From Lama glama (lineage: Eukaryota), in NCBI GenBank assembly GCA_028534125.1, contig CM052816.1:70124001-70188000 (forward strand): a stretch of 64,000 nucleotides of DNA. Direction: 5' to 3'. A model generated the notes under the pieces. The model worked only from the letters and a program-made list of their open reading frames with translations, was not told the origin of the DNA and did not search any database. Below, piece by piece: positions 11,614 through 23,090 of this stretch. A program made the position numbers and the translations under genes. The stretch's first letter is position 1, and each line of letters begins with the position of its first letter.

Positions 11614-11729
11614 CTTTTTGATTATCAGCTCATGTTAGTAAGGCCTGTGTTTTTAAGGTAGTTGTAAATGTGTAAAAAAGATGTTATAATCCAAAATAAA
11701 ATTGAAAATATAAAAATAAAAAGTTGTTG
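11614..11729 (+). repeat. Copy 2 of the ~110-bp dispersed direct repeat
   Basis: Aligns with 10564-10673 with few substitutions or indels. Confidence 0.95.
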
Positions 11730-12291
11730 GCAGATTAATTAAACCTACAAAGAATAGAGGCATGGTCATTTTTACTATGGTGACTGGTTTTGATGTTTGG
11801 TTTTGACTGTGATTTTGAGGAAAAAGGCAGCATCTTTAAATTTAAACTTAATAAATTTTGTTTTCTGTTTAATTATATTGCTGTGTGGATAGCTTGGAAA
11901 TAGTCAGATATTCTGTGAATTTATCCTGAGGATTGAAGCAAATATGTATTGGTCATAAAAAGGATGCTCCAAGGGTCCCTGTCTTATGTGTAGGGTAGTA
12001 GTTATTTCTTACAGTGTTTTATTTGAGCCCTTTTTTATAGGATGAACGACGCTGAATGGGAGAGCACTGAAAGTGATCGGCATTTCAGACGTGATTGGGC
12101 ATGTTCAGGGCGGCATGGCTGTAGATCTTCTGCATTTCAAATATCCACTCTGTGGCCAGTATTACACCATTGGAGATACATATCTGAAGCTCTAAATACT
12201 TCTCATCAAGAGTTCTTTGGTGAAACCTAAGCTATTATCAGTGAATACTTTAATTACCAATAATACCATAATGCATAATTACCAAGCTTAG

Positions 12292-12456
12292 TGCAGTATT
12301 TCTTTATTGGTGAACGATCTGCATCAGAATTACCTGGAAATTCTGTTAAAAACACTGATTTGGGGGTCCTACCCCAGACCAGTTTGGACAGAATCTTTGG
12401 ATGGGAAGGTGAGTGAGCCAGGGTGACTTATATCCAGTGAAGTTGTAGAATCACTG
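12292..12456. mobile_element. MER5-family hAT MITE (degraded)
   Basis: ctgcatcagaattacctgga..ttaaaaacactgatt..ccccagacc..agaatcactg. Confidence 0.65.
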
Positions 12457-14602
12457 AAAAAAGTTGAGAGGCCTCTGAGAACAAAACTCTTTAGAATGCA
12501 GGGTAGTGCCTGAGGAGGAGGAAAGAATACGTCAAGATGAAGAGGACAGCAGAGAGGGGGTGAACGGGAGACACCAAAGCTGAGCTTTGGCCTCTTCATG
12601 ATTCTGTCCAGGGCCAGTCCCCAGAAGAGTTAAGTGTTGCTTTGGGCAGTGTATCTATGACTTAATCTCCCTCATCTGGAAAATGGGAGACATGAAAACC
12701 TTCTTTTGGAAAAGGCAGTACTGGTCCACAAGAAAGTCTGAAAAACAAAGAATTCTCGGAGATAAACTCCTTCAAATTAACCGAGCCGTAGGGGTAGAGG
12801 GTTTTCATTTCTGCTGGCTCCAGTGACATGTGGTGCAGATCCAGATATGTCCTGGGTCTTGTGATCACAGTCTTTCTTTTGAAAACAGTTGCTGACAATC
12901 TGTCACTCCTTTGTGTTAGAGCTCAGCCTGTTTGAAAATGCAGGGTATCAGCTGCTGTTGCTGTAGGTCCATTTCTGTTTTCCAGCAGGTGGGTGTGTCT
13001 GCTTCTTTCCTTTCATCTCCATCCAGGCTTTCTTCTTTCAGGCACTTTCCGGTTTGTCAAGCCAAGTATGCCTGTCATGTTGGAACCCAGCCCTGGGACA
13101 CTTACCAACTTCTCTTTGTGTTAGGATCTCCCTTGACTGTGTTACCACTGTTTCTTATCTCCCTGAAGCCTACCAATCCATTCACATGCTCACCTATATG
13201 TCCTATTCACTTTATTGTGAGTGCCCCCAAACTGCCAGGTAACCTTGTAGTCTCACCCTTTCTGTGTTTTCCCTTCATCTAGATGTGCCTTGTGCTTTTT
13301 CCTTTGATCACTTCGGCTGTTTCTTCTCTCTTCATCTCATTATTTTCTATATCAGATCATATTAAGTACTTCAGTGGCTTCCCTGAACTGAAATATTATG
13401 GGTTTCAGACTTGGGCCAGTATTGGAATTCTCTCTTTGCTACTTACTGGTAGCTCTGAAAACATAATTCGGTCACAGAGTGAAAATTTAATTAGATAATA
13501 TAGAAATATGCCAAGTACAGAGCCCATAAGAATAGATATTCAATACATGGTAGCTATTATTATTCACATTATTTTTGTATAAGAACTTTCCATATGACTG
13601 TAGCCCACAGTGCTTTTTCTTCCTTTGTGCTTGTGTAGATTTTCTTGGTTTGGTGTTCCAGGAGAGGTGGGAGACTGAGATATGCAGCCTTAAACAGGTG
13701 ACCCAGGAGTAAAGAGGCTCATGAGCAGGAGGATGCTCTCTGCTGCTGCTCAAAGGCAGAGGTTTCTCTTAGGACCAGGCCCCTGGTGGTCTTTGCCTCA
13801 GTGTTCTTTCTTTAAGCACAAGCCATCCCCAGAGGAATTTGCTTGCTGGAGGACACATGGTTTCCTCATGTTGAGTTAAAGCCTCAGAGTCATAACAGGA
13901 CCTACCCAGTGGGACCATGGAGCCCCCACCATGTTATAGGGTTTTGCTATGTCCTGGCTCTGGTACAAACACAATTCTCCAGCCTCCTAATATGCTTTCC
14001 CATTTCTGCTATTCTGTGTAAGAATTCTCTAGACTGAGGGGCCTAAAGACAGTGATGTCCCTGGCTCCTTAATCTCTGAGACCCCCAGGAGTGAGCTTCT
14101 GGTGTAGTCTACTCTTCCTTCCCTTTTGAACTTCCCAACTATAACATGAACATAAATAGCTTAGGAATCTCTGATTGTTTTCACCCTAAAAGCCACAGTC
14201 TCTCACATGTGTTCTAACCTAGAGGTTCTAAACGTGTTACCATACAGGCTTTTTCCATGAAGTTCTATGTCCTACTCTACCTTTACTTTCTTATTAAAGG
14301 TTGCTATGGAAAACCTCTAATAGCCTTTAAGAATGTTGAGAAAGAGCACAGGTTGATTAGAATTCTTTGATGAAATGAGAAAAATATTTCTTTTTTCCAG
14401 CTTTATCACAGTAAAATTGACATACAACATTATATACATTTAAGATGTACAACATGGTAATTTGATATACATATATATTGTGAAGCAATTGCCAAATAAG
14501 AGTAGTTAATGTCTTCATTGCCTCATATAATGCTTTTAAAAAATATATGTATGCTAAGAACATTTACAATCTATTCTCTTAGCAACATCCAGGTACATAA
14601 TA

Positions 14603-14810
14603 CAGTTATCCCTTGGTATCTACACAGAAATGATTCCAGGACCCTCTGTGAATATCCAGATCTGTAGGTGCTCGAGTCCCATAGTTGGCCCTATTTTTCT
14701 AAGGTTCCACATTCTTGGATTCATCCAACTGCAGGTTGTATACTACTATATTTATTGAAAGAATCCATGTATAAGTGGACCCATGCAGTTCAAACCCATG
14801 TTGTTCAAGA
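14603..14810 (+). mobile_element. Tigger2-derived MITE (MER8-like) nested in the L1
   Basis: TA|cagttatcccttggtatc..ttccaggaccc..gtataagtggacccatgcagttcaaacccatgttgttcaag; the last bases of the right TIR are missing. Confidence 0.8.
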
Positions 14811-14970
14811 GTATTATTATAGTATCAGCTTTTTTAGATTCCACACATAGTGAGATCATACAGTATTTATTTTTCTCTGACTGACTTATTTTGCTTAGCA
14901 TAATGCCCTCAAGATCTATTTGTGTTGTCATACATGGCAGGATTTCCTTTTTTCTCATGGCTGAATGCTG

Positions 14971-14973
<3 letters not shown>

Positions 14974-15044
<71 letters not shown>
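14974..15044 (+). repeat. Perfect (CA)n microsatellite, about 35 units
   Basis: Read directly. Confidence 0.98.
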
Positions 15045-15048
<4 letters not shown>

Positions 15049-15471
15049 CTTTCCAAACCTTGGTTAATGTACTGCAGTGAATGTGCAGCTATCTCTTCAA
15101 GATCCTGATTTCATTTCCTTTGGATGTTTATATCCAGAAGAAGAATTGCTGGATCATATGGTAGTTCTGTTTTTAACTTTTTGCGGTCTCCCCTTATTGT
15201 TTTCCATAGTGGTTGTACCAGTTTACATTTCCACCATCAGTGACCAAGAGTTTTCTTTTCTTTACATCCTTGCCAATACCTGTTATCTCTTGTCTTTTTG
15301 ATAATAGCCATTCTGACAAGTGTGAAGTGATATCTCTTTAAGCTGTTTTTTTTTTTTTTTTACTTAAATCAACCATTTTGTTATCATTTTATTACCAACC
15401 CCTGTTTCTGTGGTTGGAAATTCAGGGAGGGCTCAGTGGGAGATTCTGTCCTGGGGTCCCTTATGTGGTTG

Positions 15472-15757
15472 TGTTGAGGGAGAATAGGTTCTTGCCTCTT
15501 GCAGGAAAGAATTTAAGAGCAAGGCATAGTAAAATGAAAGCAAGTTTATTTAGAGAGATACACACTCCATAGACAAAGTGCTGTCTGTCTCACTCAGAAG
15601 GGGAAACGGCTTAGGAGATATACAGTCCATAGGCAGAATGTAGACCATCTCAGAAATGTGAGAGAGAGAGAGACTGAGAGGTGTGGGGTGTTCAGTTAAA
15701 AGTAAAAGTAGAAACACACTCAATAGACAGAGTGCAGGCTGTCTCAGAAGGTGAGAG
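15472..15757 (-). mobile_element. Partial ERV1-like LTR with three ~40-45-bp internal repeats
   Basis: TG terminus, antisense polyA signal gtttattt, and the unit gatacacactccatagaca..ctcagaag repeated at ~15557, ~15617 and ~15711. Confidence 0.65.
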
Positions 15758-16065
15758 TGACAGAGTGAGAATGACCATCTTCAAGGTTTTGATTTGCAGT
15801 TCCTTGATGATTAATGATGTTGAACATCTTTTTGTGTGCCCATTGGGCATTTGTATATCTTCTTTGGAAAAATATCTGTTTGGGTCCTCTGTCCATTTTT
15901 TAATTAGTTTTTTTTTTTGCTATTGAGTTGTATGATTTCCTTATATATTTTGGATATTAACCCCTTATCATGTAGATAGTGGTTTACAAGTATTTTCTGC
16001 CCTTCTTTAGGCTACCTTTTCATTGTGTTGGTTGTTTCTTTTTCTGTGCAGAGGCTGTTTAGTTT

Positions 16066-16438
16066 TTAAAATTGAAATATAGTTGCTTTACAATATTATG
16101 GTAGTTTCAGGTGTACAGTATAGTGATTCAGTATTTTTACAGATTATACTCTATTTAAAGTTATTACAAAAATAAGGGCTATATTTCCCTGTGTTGTATA
16201 GTATATCCTTGTTGCTTATTTATTTTATACATAGTAATTTGTACCTCTCAATCCCCTACTCCTGTCTCGCCCACCTCTGCCACTGGTAACCACTAGTTTG
16301 TTTTCTGTGAGTCTGCTCTGTTTTGTTATATATATTTGTTTGTTTAATTTTTAGATTCCATATATAAGTGGTAACATAGAGCATTTACTTTTCTCTGTCT
16401 GACTTATTTCACTAAGCATAATATTCTCTGGGTCCATC
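16066..16438 (-). mobile_element. Younger L1 3' end nested in the older L1
   Basis: 17-bp TSD cagaggctgtttagttt (16049-16065) / cagaagctgtttagttt (16439-16455), with typical L1 3' UTR sequence. Confidence 0.9.
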
Positions 16439-18029
16439 CAGAAGCTGTTTAGTTTGATGTAGTCCCATTTGTTGAAATAAACTCATGCATATGCAGCCAA
16501 CTAATATTTGACGAGAGAGCCAAGAATACTTAGGGGTGAGAGTGGTAAGGATAGTCTTTTCAATAAATGGTGCTGGGAAAACTGGATAATCACATGCAGA
16601 AGAGTGAAACTGGATGCCTGTTTTACACCCCTCACAAAAATTAACTCAAAATGGATTAAATATTTAAACATAAGACCTGAAATTGAAAAAATACTAGAAG
16701 AAATCATAGCAAAGAAGCTCCTTAACTTTGATTTTGATAGTGATATTTTGGATATGATACCAAAAGCATAATCAACAAAAGCAAAAATAAATAAGAAAAG
16801 TATTTCTCAAAACTTTAAGTTATCTACCAGAGTAGACAGTATAGGCCTTTTCTTTCTACTTCTTACTCCTCCCCCAAACTTTCTGGTAAAGTTGAAGCAA
16901 ATATATCTGAAAGCCAATCAACCAATGAAACAAACAAACAAATCCAACCTCTCCTCCAAATCCCTAAAACTGTCCAACAGCTAGAAAGCCCCCCTCCTCT
17001 CTTTCCTGCTCTGCTAGACTCTAGTCATCCATTCTTGGACCATGCTTCCCTTGAACTTCCCTTTTACATCATCTTGCCCATCACTGGCAGCTCTGTCCCT
17101 GTGTTTCTGGCCACTGCCCCAAACTCCACCTCTCCTCAGGACTCTCAAAGACATGTGTTTGTGCTTCATTTGATGCAGATCACATACTGTTAGTAACTGT
17201 TTTTTTTTTTAATTAGTAAGATTGTATGCTTCTTGAAGGTGCAGCATCTTATACCTGCTGTAGAGACTAGCACAATGATTTCCAAAAAGCAGCTGCTCAA
17301 TAAAAATATATTGGCTGGTTATTGATTTTTGCCCTAGTTTTACTTCACAATTTTCCTGCTTTCCAGGTCCTGCTTCTAGCCAACATGGGATTATGTGTGG
17401 CACCTCAGGACAAAGATGGCATAGAGAACTAAAAATCTAGAGATAATCCTATAAGCTCACTTAGAACAAAGGGTTTAATTATTCCCCTATCAACTGAGCC
17501 TTTTATCTGAGCTGAGTTGCAATAAGCAACAAATTGGTGAGTTTCGTTCACTCTGCTTGCTTTGGCCACAAATAGCATAAGGAACATAAGTCAGAGTGAA
17601 AGAGAAGCAAAGGATATGCACAGGACAGGTAGCTTTTGTCTGGTTACGTTGGCCAAAGAGCAACACCTGCCAAGTGCACTGAACAAGCATTTCACCTTGC
17701 TCTGTGGGGAAACAAGCATCTGACGATTTGCTTCATGAAGAGCTAGAACTATACTACTTACTTTCTAATGCCAAATTTTCCTCATTTATAAACCAAAAGG
17801 CTAAGTGGTGCTGTCCCTAGAGATGGAAATGGCCAAGTGTCAGTGGGAGGAATAGAAATAAAAAAAAGGGGATGGCGACTTCCCAGTGTGGTTTTTTTTT
17901 ACTGCTGCCGAATAAGTGGGCTCTTTCTCGCCCCTCTTGTGCCCTCAGTACCTCCTACCTCTCAGAGGAGGCTGGTGACCTGTGGTAAAGCCTGTTGGTA
18001 TGCTGAGAGGGTATCATTTCTAGCTCCTA

Positions 18030-19190
18030 GAAACTTCCTGAATTCTTCCATCTCTTTCCATCTCCACTACCACCTCCACAGCAGGGTTTATATTCAGAAT
18101 ATTTAATAACTAGTATGGCACAAGGCACTGACCTGTCAGGATGGAGGCTGGCTATAAATAACCAAAACAGTCATACTGGTCACCCCGCTTCTCTGGAATC
18201 TGAGGTCCAGGTGCCTCTGGCCTGGACCCTTAAGGGCCTCCTATGCGGGCCCTCTGGTGTGCCCTAATCTGCTGCACGGTCGCCAGAGTGATGGTTTTCA
18301 AGTACGTACCGTGTGGTCTCCTTCCTCCCCTCACTTCTCAAAACCATTCCAGGGCTCTCTGTACCTCTTAATGTAAATAAAGAGAGTGTCTTTTACTTAG
18401 CCTTACAGGCCTCATGCGATGTGCCCCCATCTCTCTGTAATAATACTGATAGCCTGTTTCCCACAAAAAGCTGTAAGCTCAGTGAGAGTGGAGACCGTAT
18501 TTGTTCTTTTCTCTGCAGTTATTTGCCCAGTGACTACCGAGTGTGGAGCTCCTTAAGTATTCTTTGAGTAAATAAAGAAACCATGAAACAATCCCAACTT
18601 TCCCAACATGTATCTTCATATCTAGTCCACGATTTTTAATGTATATGTATGTGGGTGTGTTTTTCATAGTTTCGTAGAAGATACTTGTTCATGTTTCTTA
18701 CATTGTTGAATAGCAGCAGCATTCTCCTAGTGGCGGATGTCAGGCATCTGGGGGTTAGTCTAGGCTGCCCCCTTCGCCCTCCCTCCTCCCCTCTGTCTAA
18801 ATAGTCATGTGGCACTAGAGTTCTGTTTCCCAAGTGATTCTCCCAAGTGATCTCTCCTCTCCAACTCCTGGCTATGCCTTGGTCCAGGTCTCATCATTTC
18901 TTGCAGTTACTTCCAACCTGGTTTCCCTATTTACTTTCTTACTCTCTTTAGTCTGTCTTTTGAAGGGCTGCTGGCAGAAACTTTCTAAAACTCAAACCCA
19001 GTCATATTATTCTCTTGCTGTAGAATTCTTTAGAGTGTCCCGTGGAGGATTAATTCTTAGCATAACCTACGGAACCCTTAGTAATTTGGAACCTCTCTGC
19101 TCTTTGAGACCTTATTCATTTAATAGACAGTTATTGAATGCCTACTGTATGCCAGGGGATCTATTGAAATATTATGGTAAATAAGGAGTA
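18030..19190. mobile_element. Cluster of degraded L2 fragments
   Basis: tctccactaccacc, ctgtaagctcagtgagagtggagacc, ccttggtccaggtctcatcatttct, cagttattgaatgcctactgtatgccagg. Confidence 0.6.
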
Positions 19191-21869
19191 CTTTCTTTGT
19201 CCTTATTTGAAAATACTATTAAATGATGGAGCAATCTTGCAACAACAATACATAGCTAATATTTGTGGATCCCAGAATTGCCACACCCTCATATTTCTTT
19301 GCCATGACTTTGGTCCCCTTCTATTCCTCACCTCTACCCACATCCACCAAACAAACTCCTGTTTATTTTTCAGGGCTTAATTTAAGAACCATTTTTAGGG
19401 GAGGACACTTGGATCACCTTCCATCCCCCAAGAAGGATTTACTGTTCTTTCATTATCCATCCTCTCTCAGAGTACTGGTTACATTATTTATCTTTCTTTA
19501 TTTTTTCTCTGTGCTAGTCTGTGAACTTCACATTACATGGCATTTTGCCTTAGTCATCGTTGTCTCTCCAAAGAATGGAAGGGTACGTGTTACATGGTAA
19601 GCAGGCATTCAGTAGTGCTTGTTGACTAAGAAAATCTTTTCTTGTAATGTGAGACCCAAGAAGATATGGCATATATTTAATAGGTCATTCTGTGACAAAA
19701 AGATCTTAAGATCTTAAGAAAGCATAATTTATTATAGTGATTTGTTGATATATTTAAAAATGTATTTAAATTTTATTCAATATCCTTTGTTTAAGTGGAA
19801 TCCAGTTGCAAACTGACCCCTTATAAATCTTACCAACTGTGATAATTAAATTGTACACCCTGAATGATACACAGGTAGCTATTTCAAATCTCAGCAGTAA
19901 AAATTTTCATTTGACCCTTCCCTGCTTTAATTTATGATGGACTTTGGTGTAGTCTGGTAAACATTGATATATTCCCACCTGGAATTTGCCAGCTTTTCTT
20001 CCTATTGTTGGGGATAGACATTTTAGAAATTCATTTTCAAGCTAGATCTCTCCGCCATCTTTTTTCCCCAGGACACCTATTTTTATTTCCATCTCTTGGT
20101 TATCCTTAAGCATGAAGTTAGTATTAACTACTCCCTGTGACAACAGACCCTGGTTAGAGCTCCCTGAGGTATGAGGATTGCAGTGGAGGGTTGTCTGAGA
20201 TGAGGCTTCTAGGGATTGGTCTTGTCCATGCACGGGTGTTTATGAAGCACATGCTCTGTGCCCAGCTCTCCAGGACGTATAATTACTTCTGTCCTATTCA
20301 CCACTGATTCCAATGCCTAATAAGTGCTTGATGAATTTTTTTTGAATGAATAAATTTTAGGAAAATATGGAGCCTGTCCTTCGAGGGGTTGAGAAGAATA
20401 GTAGAGGGAGCGCTATGGAGTTATGCTCCTACTATGTGCTAGGCTTTATGTTCACACTTTCCACACCTTGTAAGTTTTACAAAAGCCCTTTGAGGTAGTT
20501 GTGCTTAATTCACTTTCCATGCATTCCTTGTTTTCCTAGTTGCAGAATGAAGGGATAAAATAGGAATCACACACATAATATCATTGTGTTCCTAGCTCTG
20601 TACTTAAGCTGTCTATATTTACAGACCTTCACTCTTCCAAAGCCCCCTTAATTATTATGGAAAACGTCTGGGGGTGTCCCCTGTGTACTCATGAAAATAG
20701 TCTGCATTTACCACTGCCCTTCCATTTGTCATGTCGTGTCTACCATTTTCTTCCTCCTCTGGTCTACTGCTGTGGATGTCTGTGCCTGCTGATGTCTCCA
20801 GGGGTTGAAATGTGCAAGACCTTGTGGCACTGAGCCTGCTTCACTGTCACATCATGACCTATTTTATGCACAGATACAGCAGTATCATGGATCTATGAGA
20901 AAAACAATCTAGTGACCAGATGATCTTTCTCTACAGAGGACAAAGCATCTGGAAGGAAGGGCTGATGTGTGCAGGGCACTCATCTGATGTGCTTTTACAT
21001 GTGGTATGGCAGTCAGAGGCCTGGAAATCACTGGAGGGATTGTAGCTGGAGCTTCTGGCTGGATAGTCTACTGTCTGGCTCAGTCCAGCTGATGATAATG
21101 TTTGCTGTTAAGACAAATCTTCCAACCCTGCAGGAGAAGGAGAGAGGTAGGAAAGATTTGTGATCTGATGGAAAGTGCCTCTGGGGAACAAGTAGCATGT
21201 CCTTTTTTGTAGACACCCCCATCAAAGTTTAACTAGGGGGAAGCTATGACAAGAACAAAAGAATTAACCTGGTATATACTGTTAGCCTTCCCCTTTTTCT
21301 TTACCTTTGAAGAAGGAAGAGTTCTCTTTTCTTCAACTGTCCCAGGGACTGGATTTTGTTTTGGTTAATGTCTGGGGTATACTAAATGAAGAAGCTCTAA
21401 AAATCAATATTCAAGAGACGGAGTAGAGAAATATTCGGGGAGAATACTAGATTGAGAGGTAAGAGTATATGAGAGAAATAAAACAGGAGTATGGACTAGA
21501 GTTTTAAGGGTAGAGAATGTAATTAAGAGGGAGAGAGAAGAGTTACTACTAAGCAGCTGTTATAAAAGACTTCAGAGATAGTGATGGAAAAAGAGGATCT
21601 TTATGATATTTTCTGTCTGTTTGAAAAATCTCAGTATAAATTAAAGATATTCTTAAATGTATCTTGGGTTTTTGAACTTATGTTTCTGTTGGATACAGCA
21701 CTGATCTAAGACTGGCCATGAGAACGGTTCAGCTTTGTGTTACTAACATATTGAAGAGCCAAGTTGAAGCCATGAAACCACTGGCAGTGATGGATTGTGA
21801 GGTGCAGACAATACGTGTTTCCAGATACCAGACAAAGCAAGAATCAATGTGGGCTGTGGTTGTTGGTGA

Positions 21870-22850
21870 AGTTCTCAAAGAGCTTAATGGAACATAGCTG
21901 TGACTCGGATCTCAAAAAATATGTAGGACTTGAATAGATGGTGAGAAGGAAGGACATGTTAGCCAGTAGAAATATACCAAAGTAAAGGCAGGAAGTAGGA
22001 ATGAAAATTACATCTAAGGGGGGCTAGTCAGGAGTTCAGCCTAAGGGAAAGAGAAAGAAGAGTGATGAGTAACAATTGAGAATTACAATGTATCAGTAAA
22101 GTGGGATCAGTTTATAGAGGGTTTTAGAGGCTACACCAAGGAAGTTGTTTGTAACTACAAAGGACAACTGGTATATTTGAAAACTAGAGTTGTAAAAAGA
22201 CTCATTTGCAGGAAGTGATTGAAATAGAGACAGCCTGGAGACTTTTTGTCTTAAATCCATGTGTGAAGCATTTGGGTTTGGACTTGGTGGAGAGGAAATG
22301 TTGAAAGGATAAATCATAGGACTTGTAACTAATTAGATGTTCAGGACAGATGTGAGATCAGATTCAAATGTAATTCTACTTTTTCTGGTCTAGAGGTTTT
22401 TGAGAATTATAGCTTCATTCATTCATTTATCCACTTATCTTCTTACTTATTCAAGAAGTATTCATTTAGTACCTACTGTGTTCTCTGTACTGGGATACAG
22501 TGAACAGAAGCATTGAATACTCCCTGGCTTCATGGAGCTTACATTCAAGAGAGGGAGAAACAGATAATTAAAAATATAAACAAGTAAAATATATAGTGTA
22601 TTAGCTGCTGATAAGTTCTTTAAAAAAATAAAGCAGGGAAGGAGAATAATAAGTTAGGGGTAGATAAAGAGGTTACAGTGATAAATAATTGAAGTTGAGG
22701 TGTTGGAAAAGGAGCTAGTTGTTACGGAAAGGTAGGATTTATACACATTAGTAACATTATTTTCTGAGAAATGTAGGCCAAAAATTCTAACAGATGCATG
22801 GCTGAGAATGTAGATTTGGGAGCCGCTAGCATAGCTGCAGTAACTGAGGC
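21870..22850 (-). mobile_element. L2 fragments, including an L2a 3' end at ~22410-22670
   Basis: ttcattcattcattt..agtacctactgtgt..ctgggatacagtgaaca..catggagcttacattc. Confidence 0.7.
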
Positions 22851-22871
22851 TTTTATCTTGGGAGAACTCTT

Positions 22872-23090
22872 TTTGTTTAATTTTTTTTTAATTGAAGTAT
22901 AGTCAGTTACAATGTGTCACTTTCTGGTGTACAACATAACGTCCCAGTTATGCATATATATTCATTTTCATATTCTTTTTCATTAAAGGTTATTATAAGA
23001 TATTGCATATAGTTCCCTGTGCTATACAGAAGAAATTTGCTTTTTATCTATTTTTATATATAGTGGTTAACATTTGCAAATCTCAAACTC
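22872..23090 (-). mobile_element. Short young L1 3' end (camelid-type)
   Basis: Poly-T, then attgaagtatagtcagttacaatgtgtca..agttccctgtgctatacagaagaaa. TSD atcttgggagaactctt (22855-22871) / atcttgagaggactctt (23091-23107). Confidence 0.9.

Larger units (their letters stand above)
14392..16793 (-). mobile_element. L1 insertion with a 5' inversion (twin priming) and several nested insertions
   Basis: Minus-strand L1 runs 14392-16473, then plus-strand ORF2 runs 16474-16793 (KDSLFNKWCWENW). TSD agaaaaatatttct (14378-14391) / agaaaagtatttct (16794-16807). Confidence 0.88.

Noticed and set aside
14752..15039. 95-aa ORF with a CV repeat
   Set aside because: It is a translation of (CA)n plus L1 sequence.
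15557..15751. Spaced ~40-bp repeats resembling a CRISPR-like array
   Set aside because: There are only three degenerate, irregularly spaced units inside an LTR in mammalian DNA, and no cas genes.
20491..20500. let-7-like TGAGGTAGT
   Set aside because: Only 9 nt match, within MIR-like sequence, with no precursor hairpin.
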